Positions 18,416-27,776 of a stretch of DNA of 33,923 bases are shown piece after piece. Position 1 is the stretch's first letter; every line of letters begins with the position of its first letter. Origin of the DNA: Verrucomicrobiales bacterium (GTDB lineage: Bacteria; Verrucomicrobiota; Verrucomicrobiia; Verrucomicrobiales; V1-33); assembly GCA_031411295.1 (NCBI GenBank), contig JANOAV010000029.1:1-33923 (forward strand), read 5' to 3'. The notes beneath the pieces are model-generated. The model was given only the letters and a program-made list of their open reading frames with translations, was not told where the DNA came from and made no database searches. A program made the translations under genes and the position numbers.

Positions 18416-18441
18416 AACGCCGGGCCGCCTGCAAACCCTTA
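18416..18441 (-). promoter_or_regulatory. Putative autoregulatory ECF promoter
   Basis: Minus strand TAAGGGTTT-N11-GGCGTT with the same spacing as 14615-14640. Confidence 0.7.
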
Positions 18442-18622
18442 GAGAAATTTCGCACAGAAGATTAGAAGGAGAGCGGCGGCTCCATGCCTCCTTCCGGAGC
18501 ATGCATCATTTTGCTGAAACAACTTTTGACCGCTCGCGCCTAAGCAGTTTAGGTGAAGCGACATGGTTGCAATGTCGCAGGCGTGTCCCAGCGTGAGCAC
18601 CGCAGCGCCTACGCGCAATCAT

Positions 18623-19324
18623 ATGACGAATTCACCAGCCATTTTAGAAGCGCGCAATCTGACGCGCACCTACGCCACTGCCAACGGACCGCTGACGGTG
18701 CTGCAGTCGGTTACCTTTGCGATTCCCGCCGGATCGACGGCGGCCATTGTGGGTCCTTCCGGCAGCGGCAAGACCACATTGCTGGGACTCTGCGCGGGCT
18801 TGGATAAGCCAAGCAGTGGAGAAATTCTGTTGGAGGGTCAGGAACTCGGCGGCCTGTCGGAAGATCAACGGGCCAAGATGCGCAATCAACGCGTTGGGTT
18901 TGTCTTTCAAAATTTCCAACTGATGCCGACCCTAACCGCGCTGGAAAATGTCCTGCTGCCGTTGGAGTTGCGCGGTGGCAAAGTGGATCGGCGGGCCGGG
19001 GCAGAGTTGTTGGAGAAAGTAGGGCTGGGCGCGCGGCAGGATCACTATCCAGTGCAACTGAGCGGTGGCGAGCAGCAACGGGTGGCGCTGGCCCGGGCCT
19101 TTATGGGCCGACCTGCGATTCTCTTTGCCGATGAGCCTACAGGAAACCTCGACGAAGAAAGTGGCGCGGCCATCGAGGCGATGCTCTTCAATTTAAACCG
19201 AGAAGCGGGCACCACCCTGGTGATGGTGACGCACGATCTCGATCTGGCCCAGAAAGCGCAGCAAGTCCTGCGCATGAAGGGTGGCCGATTGGTGACCAAT
19301 GAATCTACTTATGACATCAACTAA
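18623..19324 (+). CDS. ABC transporter ATP-binding protein (YbbA/LolD family)
   Basis: GPSGSGKT, GFVFQNFQL, LSGGEQQRV, ADEPTGNLD and VTHD motifs. Confidence 0.93.
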   Translation: MTNSPAILEARNLTRTYATANGPLTVLQSVTFAIPAGSTAAIVGPSGSGKTTLLGLCAGLDKPSSGEILLEGQELGGLSEDQRAKMRNQRVGFVFQNFQLMPTLTALENVLLPLELRGGKVDRRAGAELLEKVGLGARQDHYPVQLSGGEQQRVALARAFMGRPAILFADEPTGNLDEESGAAIEAMLFNLNREAGTTLVMVTHDLDLAQKAQQVLRMKGGRLVTNESTYDIN

Positions 19325-19802
19325 CATTGCAACTGAAACTGATGCGCCCGACGGGACGTGGTCCTGGCGCCTTCGCTTGGCTGCCTGCATGGTCATCGCC
19401 ATTCTGCTGGTGGCCATTGGCGACCAATATCCCTTCTCTCCCTTCCCGATGTATTCCAAGCTGGATTCCTCGGCGGATGTGCTCTATGTGGCGGATCAAA
19501 ATGGCAAGCCGCTGGCGTTGGGGAAATTGTTCAACGTGGGCAGTGCCCAGGCGAAGAAGCGTTTCGAAAAGGAATTGCTGTTGCTGGCGCAGACGCGCGA
19601 CTATGAAAAGGCGAAGCCGGAGCAGGTGCATGCGGCGGCAGTGAAGTTTCTCGAGACCCTGTGGAAGGATCGGCGGGAGCATCGCACTGTGAAACTGGAT
19701 CTCACCCAACTGAAGGCGCAGATCATCACGATCTCGATGGATCAGAACGAACAATTTCAACGTGCCGAACAAACGTTGGGCAGTATTTCTCTAAAACCAT
19801 GA
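19311..19802 (+). CDS. Hypothetical membrane-anchored protein
   Basis: TM segment followed by YPFSPFPMYS; overlaps both neighbouring genes. Confidence 0.75.
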   Translation: MTSTNIATETDAPDGTWSWRLRLAACMVIAILLVAIGDQYPFSPFPMYSKLDSSADVLYVADQNGKPLALGKLFNVGSAQAKKRFEKELLLLAQTRDYEKAKPEQVHAAAVKFLETLWKDRREHRTVKLDLTQLKAQIITISMDQNEQFQRAEQTLGSISLKP

Positions 19803-20698
19803 TCGCAAAATTGAAAACATGGCTGCGGCCAGCAGCCTTTGCCTGGACTCCGGCGGAAATGTTCATCGCTCGGTTGGGGTTGGCCTTGCTGCTGGGTTAT
19901 TTCGCGGTGCGCACCCACCTGATCCCCTTCGAGCTGGTTCCTGAAAAGGAGAACGGGTTGGTGAAAATAATGCCCTTGATGTGGCTGCTGGATCCCACCG
20001 CGTTGCTCGTCATGCGCATCGTCTGCGGAGTTACGCTGGTGCTGTTCGTGTTTGGGCTTGCTCCGGTGCTGACGTTCCTGCCGACGCTCTTTACGCTCTG
20101 CGCGATGGGCTCTTTGCGGAATTCCAAGGGGGACATTGGGCACACCACGCAGGTGCTGGCGATGTCTGCGTTAGCTGTCTGGCTATGTTATGTCTATGCC
20201 GCGCTGCGGCGGCGGGAGTTTTGGCGGGTTAGTGTGCAGACGCAGCGTGCTGCCATCTTTGGGATTATTTTGATGGTTTCCGGCAGCTATGTGGCGTCTG
20301 GCATTGTTAAAATGAAAGCAACGGGCGGCGGTTGGATTGGCCGTGTTCCGAGCATGTCCGTGCAAATGATTAAGGCCAACCTGAGTGACTATTACTCTGA
20401 TCCCGATGATCCTATATCCACCACGATGACGGAGAAGGCTCCGCAATTCTTCATTCAGCATCCAGTGGTGGCGAAGGTGGTTTTTGGCACTGGATTACTC
20501 CTGGAACTGGGTGCGTTTGTCCTAGTGCTGGGGCGACGGTGGGCGCTGTTATGGGGTGGATCGCTGGTGCTGATGCATGCGGGGATTTCCATGCTGATGG
20601 ACATCGAGTTCTGGAATCATATGGCATTGTTGGGACTAACCTGTGTTATTCCCGGCGTGCTGGCGCTGTGGCGTGAGCGGCGGGAGCTTGTGAAGTGA
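19799..20698 (+). CDS. HTTM-like polytopic membrane protein
   Basis: Multiple TM segments; YVASGIVKM..GGGW, LLLELG and MHAGI motifs; ATGA overlap with the upstream gene. Confidence 0.7.
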   Translation: MIAKLKTWLRPAAFAWTPAEMFIARLGLALLLGYFAVRTHLIPFELVPEKENGLVKIMPLMWLLDPTALLVMRIVCGVTLVLFVFGLAPVLTFLPTLFTLCAMGSLRNSKGDIGHTTQVLAMSALAVWLCYVYAALRRREFWRVSVQTQRAAIFGIILMVSGSYVASGIVKMKATGGGWIGRVPSMSVQMIKANLSDYYSDPDDPISTTMTEKAPQFFIQHPVVAKVVFGTGLLLELGAFVLVLGRRWALLWGGSLVLMHAGISMLMDIEFWNHMALLGLTCVIPGVLALWRERRELVK

Positions 20699-20804
20699 CC
20701 TTTATTTCTTGACACCCGTTTCAAAAAGGCGAAATTCTCATCACCGTTATCTGATGTAACGGTATCCGTTCACTATTCACTAACAAAAAAAGAAATTACA
20801 TACC

Positions 20805-21149
20805 ATGGAAGCGTTGATCCCACTCATCTTTTTAGCGATTATCGTAGCCGCAATTGCCGCCATTTGGAAGATTTTCGTCAAGGCCGGGCAGCCTGGGTGG
20901 GCCGCAATCGTGCCAATTTATAACATTATCGTTTTGCTCAAAATCGTGGGACGTCCCGCGTGGTGGCTGGTGCTGATGCTGATTCCGATCGTCAGCCTCG
21001 TCGTTGCCATCGTGGTTGCGATTGATTTGGCCAAGAGCTTTGGTAAAAGCGGTGGTTTTGCGGTCGCCTTGATTTTCCTCGTCGGCTACTTCATTCTTGG
21101 CTTTGGGGATGCGCAATACCAAGGGCCGTCAGCAGCCAAGGCCCCCTAA
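20805..21149 (+). CDS. DUF5684-like small membrane protein
   Basis: WKIFVKAGQPGWAAIVPIYN...LAKSFGK...LGFGDAQY. Confidence 0.85.
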   Translation: MEALIPLIFLAIIVAAIAAIWKIFVKAGQPGWAAIVPIYNIIVLLKIVGRPAWWLVLMLIPIVSLVVAIVVAIDLAKSFGKSGGFAVALIFLVGYFILGFGDAQYQGPSAAKAP

Positions 21150-21214
21150 GATTCTATTGGCCGCTCGTCCTTGCATCAGTAGTGCCGGAGCGGAGTCGGT
21201 TGAAAAAATAAATC

Positions 21215-21251
21215 AGGGTCGCGACACTTGAAAATGTCGCGACCCTTTTTT
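21215..21251 (+). terminator. Rho-independent terminator
   Basis: AGGGTCGCGACA-loop-TGTCGCGACCCT followed by a T run. Confidence 0.8.
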
Positions 21252-21277
21252 GTTTCGTTTACGGTGAGAATTCGGGG

Positions 21278-23137
21278 CTATTTCTCGTCGGAAATGACTT
21301 CCACCCAGACGCCGCGGCGGCCTTCAAGGCTTTCGGCTTCGGTGATACTGGGGACGAACCGTTCCGTGGGATAACCGAGGGCTTTGAGCTGTGCTGAAAC
21401 GAGCGCCAGGCGAGTGAGTTGAATGCCTTGGTTGCCCTCTGCTCTCTCTCCTACGATGGGCCACGCTCGCAGCCGATAGCGGCGTTCGTGGGCCGAGTCC
21501 GCGTCCACTTTTTGCAATTGTTCCACCAACTGCTTGATCAGGTTGGGAGCAGTGGCCTCGAATTGGATGGTGCCGTTGCTGAAGGGCACGTCCATGGCTT
21601 CAAGGACTCGAACCGGGTTGGGTGATTCTGCAATTGGAGTCACCGCAGAGAAATCGATTACCGCGAGCGTGCGGAGGCGGGCCGCTTCTGCTTTGAGGAG
21701 CGCAAATTTACTGGTGGGGAAGGCTCCGGTGGCTATGAGGACATCGTGATCCCACGCCAGCGCCCCCTCTTCCGGGATGCCGCCAATGGCGACTACGACT
21801 CGGTCGTAAATGGCTCGGTCTTGGCGGGCCATGACCGCTTCAAGTTGGGCGCGATTTTGATCCGCCTTATCCCAGAGGGTGGTCTGGGTCTTCGCTTCAG
21901 CGCTCTCGGCTTGCGCTTTGCGCTGCCGCTCATAGTCATTGGCGGCGGAAACATAGGGCGCCAGATCGAAGGTTACGCTTTGGGCGGGGTCGAAATATTG
22001 TGCCACCAAAGTCTGCGGCTCGGGGGCTAAAGGATCGCGCAATCCCCGCACGAGCAGGCTTCCGCCACGGTGTTCCACCTCAGTGATGGCATAACCCGGA
22101 GTGGCGCGCAGTTGTTCCACGAACACTCGTTCTTTGAGCTGCTGCTGGTAGTGATGGAAGGCCCACCAGGCCAGACTGGCCGCCATGGCCACGACGAGGA
22201 CGCGTCCCAACCAGGGACTGCGCGCCACTGGAAGGCGGGAGGATAGCAGGGTCGCCAAGGCTAGTCGCAGTCGATCCGCCTGCGGCTGGGAAAGCGAGTC
22301 CAGGTTTTCTGCAGAGAGTTCCAACTCACATTTTCCGAGCAGTTTCGCAGCTCTGGAGCGGACCGCTTCACCACCACCTCCGAGCGTGCGGAGTTGGAGG
22401 GCCAGGCGGCGGCCAGCGACCCGGACTGATTCCCATTCCGGCAGGGACTGATGCTGCAGACCGTTGGCGATGATGCTTTGGGAGCTATAAGTAGCGGATT
22501 GCTCGTTGAGAGGTGCATTCTTCACTTCGCACAGCACGAGTCCGCTGGATTTGTCGATGAGTTGGACTTGCAATACGGCGTAGCGTGCGGTGCGTTGGAG
22601 GACGTATTCGGAATAGGGCACGCCCTCCCGCACTGCATTGATCCGCCACCAGAGGCGCTGGGGAAGATTGGCCGCGCGTAATAGGGCGTCGAGTTGCTCT
22701 ACGAAGCGGTGGAAAAATTCCGCCACCGCAGCGCGAATTCCCGGAGCTATAACTGGTCCCAGCATATGCGCCAGTCCTTCGCGATTCTGACTGGCACTGA
22801 TGCGCAGGGCTGATTCAACTGGGGTGGCCAGCATGTGGCCGATGCGTTGATGGTCTTCCACACTTCCGGCTTGGCGTTCGATCCAAGCGAGTGCACGCGG
22901 CCCGATTTGCTCGTGGATGCGTGCTTCCATCGCTTGGTGGCCCAGGTCCACTTGATTCAGTGCGGTGGCGAAGCGTTCCTCCTGCCGCCGGACGATTTGC
23001 TCCAGATATTGGACCTGATCCCGGGTCAGTCGCAGGGCGCTCTGTTCTTCTCCCAGCATCAACTTCCGCAACTGAGCGAACTCCGCATCGCAGGGCGAGG
23101 AGTCGGATCGGTGGCTGCCGAGGAATGGATGCGCCAT
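21278..23137 (-). CDS. Membrane protein with cytoplasmic coiled-coil N-terminus and periplasmic BON-like/degenerate OmpA-like region
   Basis: LGPVIAPGIRAAV, central TM segment, LRATPGY..VRGLRDPLA, C-terminal N..IQLTR...RRGV. Confidence 0.7.
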   Translation of the reverse strand: MAHPFLGSHRSDSSPCDAEFAQLRKLMLGEEQSALRLTRDQVQYLEQIVRRQEERFATALNQVDLGHQAMEARIHEQIGPRALAWIERQAGSVEDHQRIGHMLATPVESALRISASQNREGLAHMLGPVIAPGIRAAVAEFFHRFVEQLDALLRAANLPQRLWWRINAVREGVPYSEYVLQRTARYAVLQVQLIDKSSGLVLCEVKNAPLNEQSATYSSQSIIANGLQHQSLPEWESVRVAGRRLALQLRTLGGGGEAVRSRAAKLLGKCELELSAENLDSLSQPQADRLRLALATLLSSRLPVARSPWLGRVLVVAMAASLAWWAFHHYQQQLKERVFVEQLRATPGYAITEVEHRGGSLLVRGLRDPLAPEPQTLVAQYFDPAQSVTFDLAPYVSAANDYERQRKAQAESAEAKTQTTLWDKADQNRAQLEAVMARQDRAIYDRVVVAIGGIPEEGALAWDHDVLIATGAFPTSKFALLKAEAARLRTLAVIDFSAVTPIAESPNPVRVLEAMDVPFSNGTIQFEATAPNLIKQLVEQLQKVDADSAHERRYRLRAWPIVGERAEGNQGIQLTRLALVSAQLKALGYPTERFVPSITEAESLEGRRGVWVEVISDEK

Positions 23138-23148
23138 GGTGATTAACG

Positions 23149-23763
23149 CTAGTTAGGGAGACCCTCAAAGGTGGCCACTTCCGAAGGGGTGGATGCCCGA
23201 GGACTGGGGCTGGGCAGGAGTTCGGGCGCGGTTGGTAAATGATGGAGCAGGCGCTCCGACGTCTGCTGGAACAATTCGGCCAGACCGTGCAGGGTGGGGG
23301 TGTGGTCACGCAAATGCTTGGTCTCTGCTGCCAGTTCTTTGCGCACGTTGTGGAGTTCACTCCGGCGTGCTTCCAGATGCTTGGCCGTCTCCAGCGCGAA
23401 AGTTTCCATGTTGCGGTGCACCAAGCCGAAGCGCTCGTCCACCATCTTCTTGGAATGGCTGGACTCTTGCTGCCGCTCCGTGGCTTCGTTGGTCAAGGCT
23501 TGGGTCAGACGACGCTCCGTTTCTTGCAAGGATCGCTCAAGTTCGGCAAAGCGCTGTTGGGCGAAATTTTCCAAACGGGAAATGGCAGCAGTCATGCGAT
23601 GTTCCAACGCTTCCATCTGCGAATGGAATTCCGCCACGCGTTTGCCGAATAGCAGCTCCCGCACCGCTTCCATGGCGTTTTGTTCTTCATTCTCACGAGT
23701 GCTCAGAGCAGGCGGTTCAGCGGATGGCAGGGTGGTGGGAGATAAATACGAAATGGGGTCCAT
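23149..23763 (-). CDS. Hypothetical coiled-coil protein
   Basis: AVRELLFG followed by heptad repeats; stop lies 11 nt before the next gene's start. Confidence 0.75.
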   Translation of the reverse strand: MDPISYLSPTTLPSAEPPALSTRENEEQNAMEAVRELLFGKRVAEFHSQMEALEHRMTAAISRLENFAQQRFAELERSLQETERRLTQALTNEATERQQESSHSKKMVDERFGLVHRNMETFALETAKHLEARRSELHNVRKELAAETKHLRDHTPTLHGLAELFQQTSERLLHHLPTAPELLPSPSPRASTPSEVATFEGLPN

Positions 23764-23950
23764 ATCCAAGTAAAATACTTAGAACCCCTGAATAATCAAT
23801 TTCTTTTTCTGGAAATTATACTACCGTCAACAATTTCGTAATCAATCGGTTACGCCTTAAAAATGCGAAGAGAATCAACTATCTGCTTTCAGTAAATTAA
23901 TTATTTAACAAGCCAAATATTTAATATGCTGGAAACGCAATTTCGAGACC

Positions 23951-24892
23951 CTATTTTTTGATTATCCAAATGTTCCGATAACGCACCGGATTGCCATGAT
24001 CCTGAAGATGCAGCGGCCCGGGTTGAGGGCTCTCTGGGAGGGGGGCTGAGGTGGTGGCGTGGGTCAGTTCGACTTGGTCATGGATGACGGTGCCATTGTG
24101 CTTAACAGTCGTCTTGGCGTTGGCCGTCTTTTTGCCGGCGGCGTCATAAGTGGGGGCAGTGTAATCGATGTCGTAAGTCTGCCAGGCGAGGGGAGGGAAG
24201 GCCATGTTTACTTTGGGTTCCGCGATGGTGTAGATGCCACCGCACTCGTTATTGGCTCCTTCCAGACCGAAACTATCCAACATCTGCACCTCATAGCGCC
24301 CCTGTAAATAGCATCCACTATTGCCGCGGCCCTGGCCTCGCGCGGTGGGGATGTAAGGGATTCTGAACTCTAGGTGGAGGGTGAAACTATTCCAGGTTTC
24401 TTTCGTGGTGATTCCCTGCTTTAAGGTATCGCCATCAAGGCGGCCCTTGTCGAAGGCCGCGGTGGACTTGCCATCGAAGAGGATGATGGCACCGGCGGGT
24501 GCCGAGGCCCCTAACGTAGGGCTCTTGCGCTCGACCTTGCTCAGTTTGCTGTCGCCCAGCGCCAGCTTGCCCTCTGCGATGGTGCCCTGATGTGGTCCTA
24601 GAGAAACCTTCCCTTCCGCCACCGAACCTTTGATCCGCGTGCTTTTGTCTCCACTGAAGCCGTCGCCCGGCAAGCCCCCGGGATAGAGCACAGCGGCAAA
24701 TTTTCCACCACCCTCGGCTACCAATTGCACGCCCACTTTCTTGCCCGCCAAATCTCCGACATATTCGCCTTGAATGGAAAAGTCCGGGTCTTGCTGGGTG
24801 GCCAGAGTCGGATCCGTGAACGACTTCTTATCATCGGCCAGACTAAAAGTGGAAATGAGTGGGAAAATCAGGCAGAGTAATCGTGAGCGCAT
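23951..24892 (-). CDS. DUF1080 (3-keto-disaccharide hydrolase-like) secreted protein
   Basis: LFDGKS, LHLEF, GNSGCY, YEVQMLDS, WQTYDI and LQDHGNPVRYRNIWI motifs; ATG 24892 gives a signal peptide. Confidence 0.9.
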   Translation of the reverse strand: MRSRLLCLIFPLISTFSLADDKKSFTDPTLATQQDPDFSIQGEYVGDLAGKKVGVQLVAEGGGKFAAVLYPGGLPGDGFSGDKSTRIKGSVAEGKVSLGPHQGTIAEGKLALGDSKLSKVERKSPTLGASAPAGAIILFDGKSTAAFDKGRLDGDTLKQGITTKETWNSFTLHLEFRIPYIPTARGQGRGNSGCYLQGRYEVQMLDSFGLEGANNECGGIYTIAEPKVNMAFPPLAWQTYDIDYTAPTYDAAGKKTANAKTTVKHNGTVIHDQVELTHATTSAPLPESPQPGPLHLQDHGNPVRYRNIWIIKK

Positions 24893-25070
24893 ATAGAGGT
24901 AACTGGTTGGATGGTGGTAAATCAGGCCACCATCATAGGTGTGCGTGCGGGCCTGCCAATCGCGCAAAGGCGGTAAAATTTTCACCGGGCCTGCTGGCCC
25001 TACCCCAATCAGACAAATGTTACGATCCTTCATTTGCATGTGGACGTCATGCCGCTCAGGATGCCATTTT

Positions 25071-25973
25071 ATGAATCCTCGTCCTCTCACGCATTACGCG
25101 ATGATCTCGGTCATCGCAGCGGTCGCCACCTTTCTGATGAAGCTGGTGGCCTGGAAGCTGACCGGTTCCGTGGGTTTACTCTCGGATGCGCTGGAGTCAT
25201 TGGCGAATTTGGCGGCGGCATTTATTGCGCTGGCATCGCTGGCAGTGGCGGTGCGTCCAGAAGATGAGGAACACGCGTTTGGCCACTCCAAAGCGGAATA
25301 TTTTGCGGCTGGGATTGAGGGGGCGTTAATCCTGCTGGCGGCGGTGGCGATTGGTTGGACGGCCGTGGAACGTTTCTTCTCCCCGCATGTGCTGGAGCAG
25401 CCCGTCCTGGGGATTGCGATTTCGGTGGCTGCGTCCGTGGTTAATTTACTGGTGGCGCGCTTGCTTTTAAAAGTGGGCCGGGCGCGGCGGTCTGTCGCGT
25501 TAGAAGCGGATGCCAAGCATTTAATGACGGACGTCTGGACCTCGGTGGTCGTGGTGATTGGCGTTGCGTTAGTGGCGATCACGGGTTGGTGGTGGCTGGA
25601 TCCACTGCTGGGTTTGCTGCTGGCATTCCACATTATCGCAGTGGGCGTGCGCCTCGTGAGAGATTCGATGCATGGTCTGATGGACTCAGGTTTGGATCCC
25701 GCAGATCAGGCAACGATTCGTCAGGTGCTCCAGAACTATGCGGTGGAAGACATCGAGTATCATGCCTTGCGCACACGACGTGCCGGATCTCTCAAATTCA
25801 TGTCCGTCCACCTGCTCATGCCGGGCGCTTGGACCATTCTGCGCGGACACGATCTGGCGGAGCAGTTGGAGCAGGAACTCCGCCAGGCCGTGGCAGGGTT
25901 GATTGTCTTCACTCACTTGGAGCCGCGGGAGGATCCCAAATCCTGGGAAGATGTAAAGTTAGCCCGCTCCTAA
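25071..25973 (+). CDS. Cation diffusion facilitator (FieF-like)
   Basis: SVGLLSDALES, HAFGHSKAEY, ADAKHLMTD and HLEP motifs. Confidence 0.92.
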   Translation: MNPRPLTHYAMISVIAAVATFLMKLVAWKLTGSVGLLSDALESLANLAAAFIALASLAVAVRPEDEEHAFGHSKAEYFAAGIEGALILLAAVAIGWTAVERFFSPHVLEQPVLGIAISVAASVVNLLVARLLLKVGRARRSVALEADAKHLMTDVWTSVVVVIGVALVAITGWWWLDPLLGLLLAFHIIAVGVRLVRDSMHGLMDSGLDPADQATIRQVLQNYAVEDIEYHALRTRRAGSLKFMSVHLLMPGAWTILRGHDLAEQLEQELRQAVAGLIVFTHLEPREDPKSWEDVKLARS

Positions 25974-26665
25974 AATCCGCGGAGGAACATCCCCCTGATG
26001 TCCAGTCGATACCAGGCCGCTGCGAAAATGATCCCGGTCCAAAGGAGCACGGAAAACGCCAAGAGCCATTTTCCGAGGGTGCGCGTGGATTGGCAGTAAA
26101 CATAACGCTTACCACCATCAGGGCGGATCTCCGTCGCATAGGCCACGTTCCAAGCGATGATCGGCCCGAGCAAGCCCGCCGTAAGCATCATGTAAACGCT
26201 ATAGATCAACAAGGTTCGTGGTCCGCGTCGCATCCCTTCCTCTGGCACCCCGGGAGACTCCGGGACGTCATCAGCCCGGGCAAAAACCACTTCCGGTGCG
26301 GATACTCCTCGGTCTCGGAGAATTTTCTGCGCACAGGCCATATCAAAGTCACTATTTTCCCACGGGTGCTCCAGCAGGGATATCAACTCATCGTCATTGC
26401 AGGCGAGCAAGGGATGTTCTGGATCCACTCCTGCGGCCGCTTCCGCTTGGGCCGTGTTGAGTAAGGCCTCCCGGGCGGGGATTAATTGCTCCTGGGGGAC
26501 GGAAACTAAGCCACAACTGATCGTGCCGGGAAAATAAATCGACAGATTCGTCGTCTGCGAATCGTTGGCGATCCGGGACGGAATGCCCGCCTTCTCAAGC
26601 ACCGAGACACAAGCCTCCATAGGCTCAGCGTGGAAAAAACGGCCAACTTCGACATATCCATTCAT
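25970..26665 (-). CDS. Hypothetical membrane protein (DUF2007-like N-terminus)
   Basis: VLEKAGIP..ND N-terminus and two C-terminal TM segments. Confidence 0.7.
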   Translation of the reverse strand: MNGYVEVGRFFHAEPMEACVSVLEKAGIPSRIANDSQTTNLSIYFPGTISCGLVSVPQEQLIPAREALLNTAQAEAAAGVDPEHPLLACNDDELISLLEHPWENSDFDMACAQKILRDRGVSAPEVVFARADDVPESPGVPEEGMRRGPRTLLIYSVYMMLTAGLLGPIIAWNVAYATEIRPDGGKRYVYCQSTRTLGKWLLAFSVLLWTGIIFAAAWYRLDIRGMFLRGF

Positions 26666-26731
26666 GCGCTCCTGTTATCAGCTTAGCGGGCTCTGAGCAA
26701 GCAAAGAAAGGGGGCCTCAGAAATTCTGCAA

Positions 26732-26806
26732 AAGTTGCAAAAAGTCACTTGCAACTTCGCAATTGAGACTGAGTCTCGTTACATATGATACTGACACTCA
26801 GTATCA
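26732..26806 (+). promoter_or_regulatory. Cluster of Fur-family-like operator palindromes
   Basis: TGAGACT-G-AGTCTCG (26764-26778), TGATACTGA-CAC-TCAGTATCA (26786-26806) and AAGTTGCAA-N8-TTGCAACTT (26732-26757). Confidence 0.6.
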
Positions 26807-26838
26807 GTAAGCGTCAACCCCAACTTCCTTTCCTATCC

Positions 26839-27591
26839 ATGAAATTATCCTTTTGGTCCACCCTGTTACCCGTTCTGGTCTGTGCCGCTTCAACCCTCAC
26901 TGCGGGCGAGCGACGTTTTGTCTTCAGCTATGAAACCACCACCTCCGCCAAGGGTGCCATTGAGTATGAACAATGGGTTACTTGGAAAGCCAGCACGGCA
27001 GATAATCGCGATTTCTCCCGCTTCGAGTTCCGCCATGAGCTGGAGTTTGGCGTCACCGATAAATTGCAAGTGGGGCTCTATCTGGGCGACTGGCGCCTAA
27101 CCAACGGCACGGATGACGATGGGGCCGAGTATCGCACCTCTGGAATCGAGGCGATTTACCAACTCAGTGACCCCAATCAGAGCTTCCTCGGCAGCGCGCT
27201 GTATGGTGAGGTTAAACTGGGGCCGGAGAAGTTTGCCTTGGAAGGAAAAGTTTTATTGCAGAAGAATTTCGGACCCTTCGTAGCCGTGTATAACGGAATT
27301 ATCGAGGCGGAATGGGAGGGCTCGGGCTATGACGAAAAAGTGGGCGTGTGGGAAAATACCTTGGGCTTGAGCTATCAGGTCACCCCGCAATTCCTCGTCG
27401 GTGCCGAAGCGGTGCATGAGGTGGAGTTTGAGGATTGGTCAGAGTCGGGTGATCAGGTGGTTTATGCCGGGCCGAATTTCTCGTATCGTAAGGGCAACTT
27501 CTTTGCCACCGTGGCCCCGCTCTTTCAAGTCACGGGCGTGGCGGGCGAACCCGATTTCATGACCCGACTGATCTTCGGATTTAATTTCTAA
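26839..27591 (+). CDS. Putative outer-membrane beta-barrel protein (DUF6662-like)
   Basis: Signal peptide, alternating beta-strand pattern, ELEFGVTD, C-terminal FGFNF. Confidence 0.8.
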   Translation: MKLSFWSTLLPVLVCAASTLTAGERRFVFSYETTTSAKGAIEYEQWVTWKASTADNRDFSRFEFRHELEFGVTDKLQVGLYLGDWRLTNGTDDDGAEYRTSGIEAIYQLSDPNQSFLGSALYGEVKLGPEKFALEGKVLLQKNFGPFVAVYNGIIEAEWEGSGYDEKVGVWENTLGLSYQVTPQFLVGAEAVHEVEFEDWSESGDQVVYAGPNFSYRKGNFFATVAPLFQVTGVAGEPDFMTRLIFGFNF

Positions 27592-27645
27592 AGTGCTTGG
27601 ATCTCCAATGATGGTGCAGCTGCTGCGGCACGGTCACTTGGTTGC

Positions 27646-27692
27646 CAACGAGGGCTCAGTCAGGAATTCCTGGCTGAGCCATTCGTTGCTTT
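27646..27692 (+). terminator. Stem-loop, probable terminator
   Basis: CAACGAGGGCTCAGTCAGGA-AT-TCCTGGCTGAGCCATTCGTTG followed by CTTT. Confidence 0.5.
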
Positions 27693-27776
27693 GGAGGGTG
27701 AGCGCCATTCGGCTGAAGTCAGGAGCGACGTGGTTATTCTAAGGTGCGTTCAAGATGAGATCTTCTCAGATTCAAG

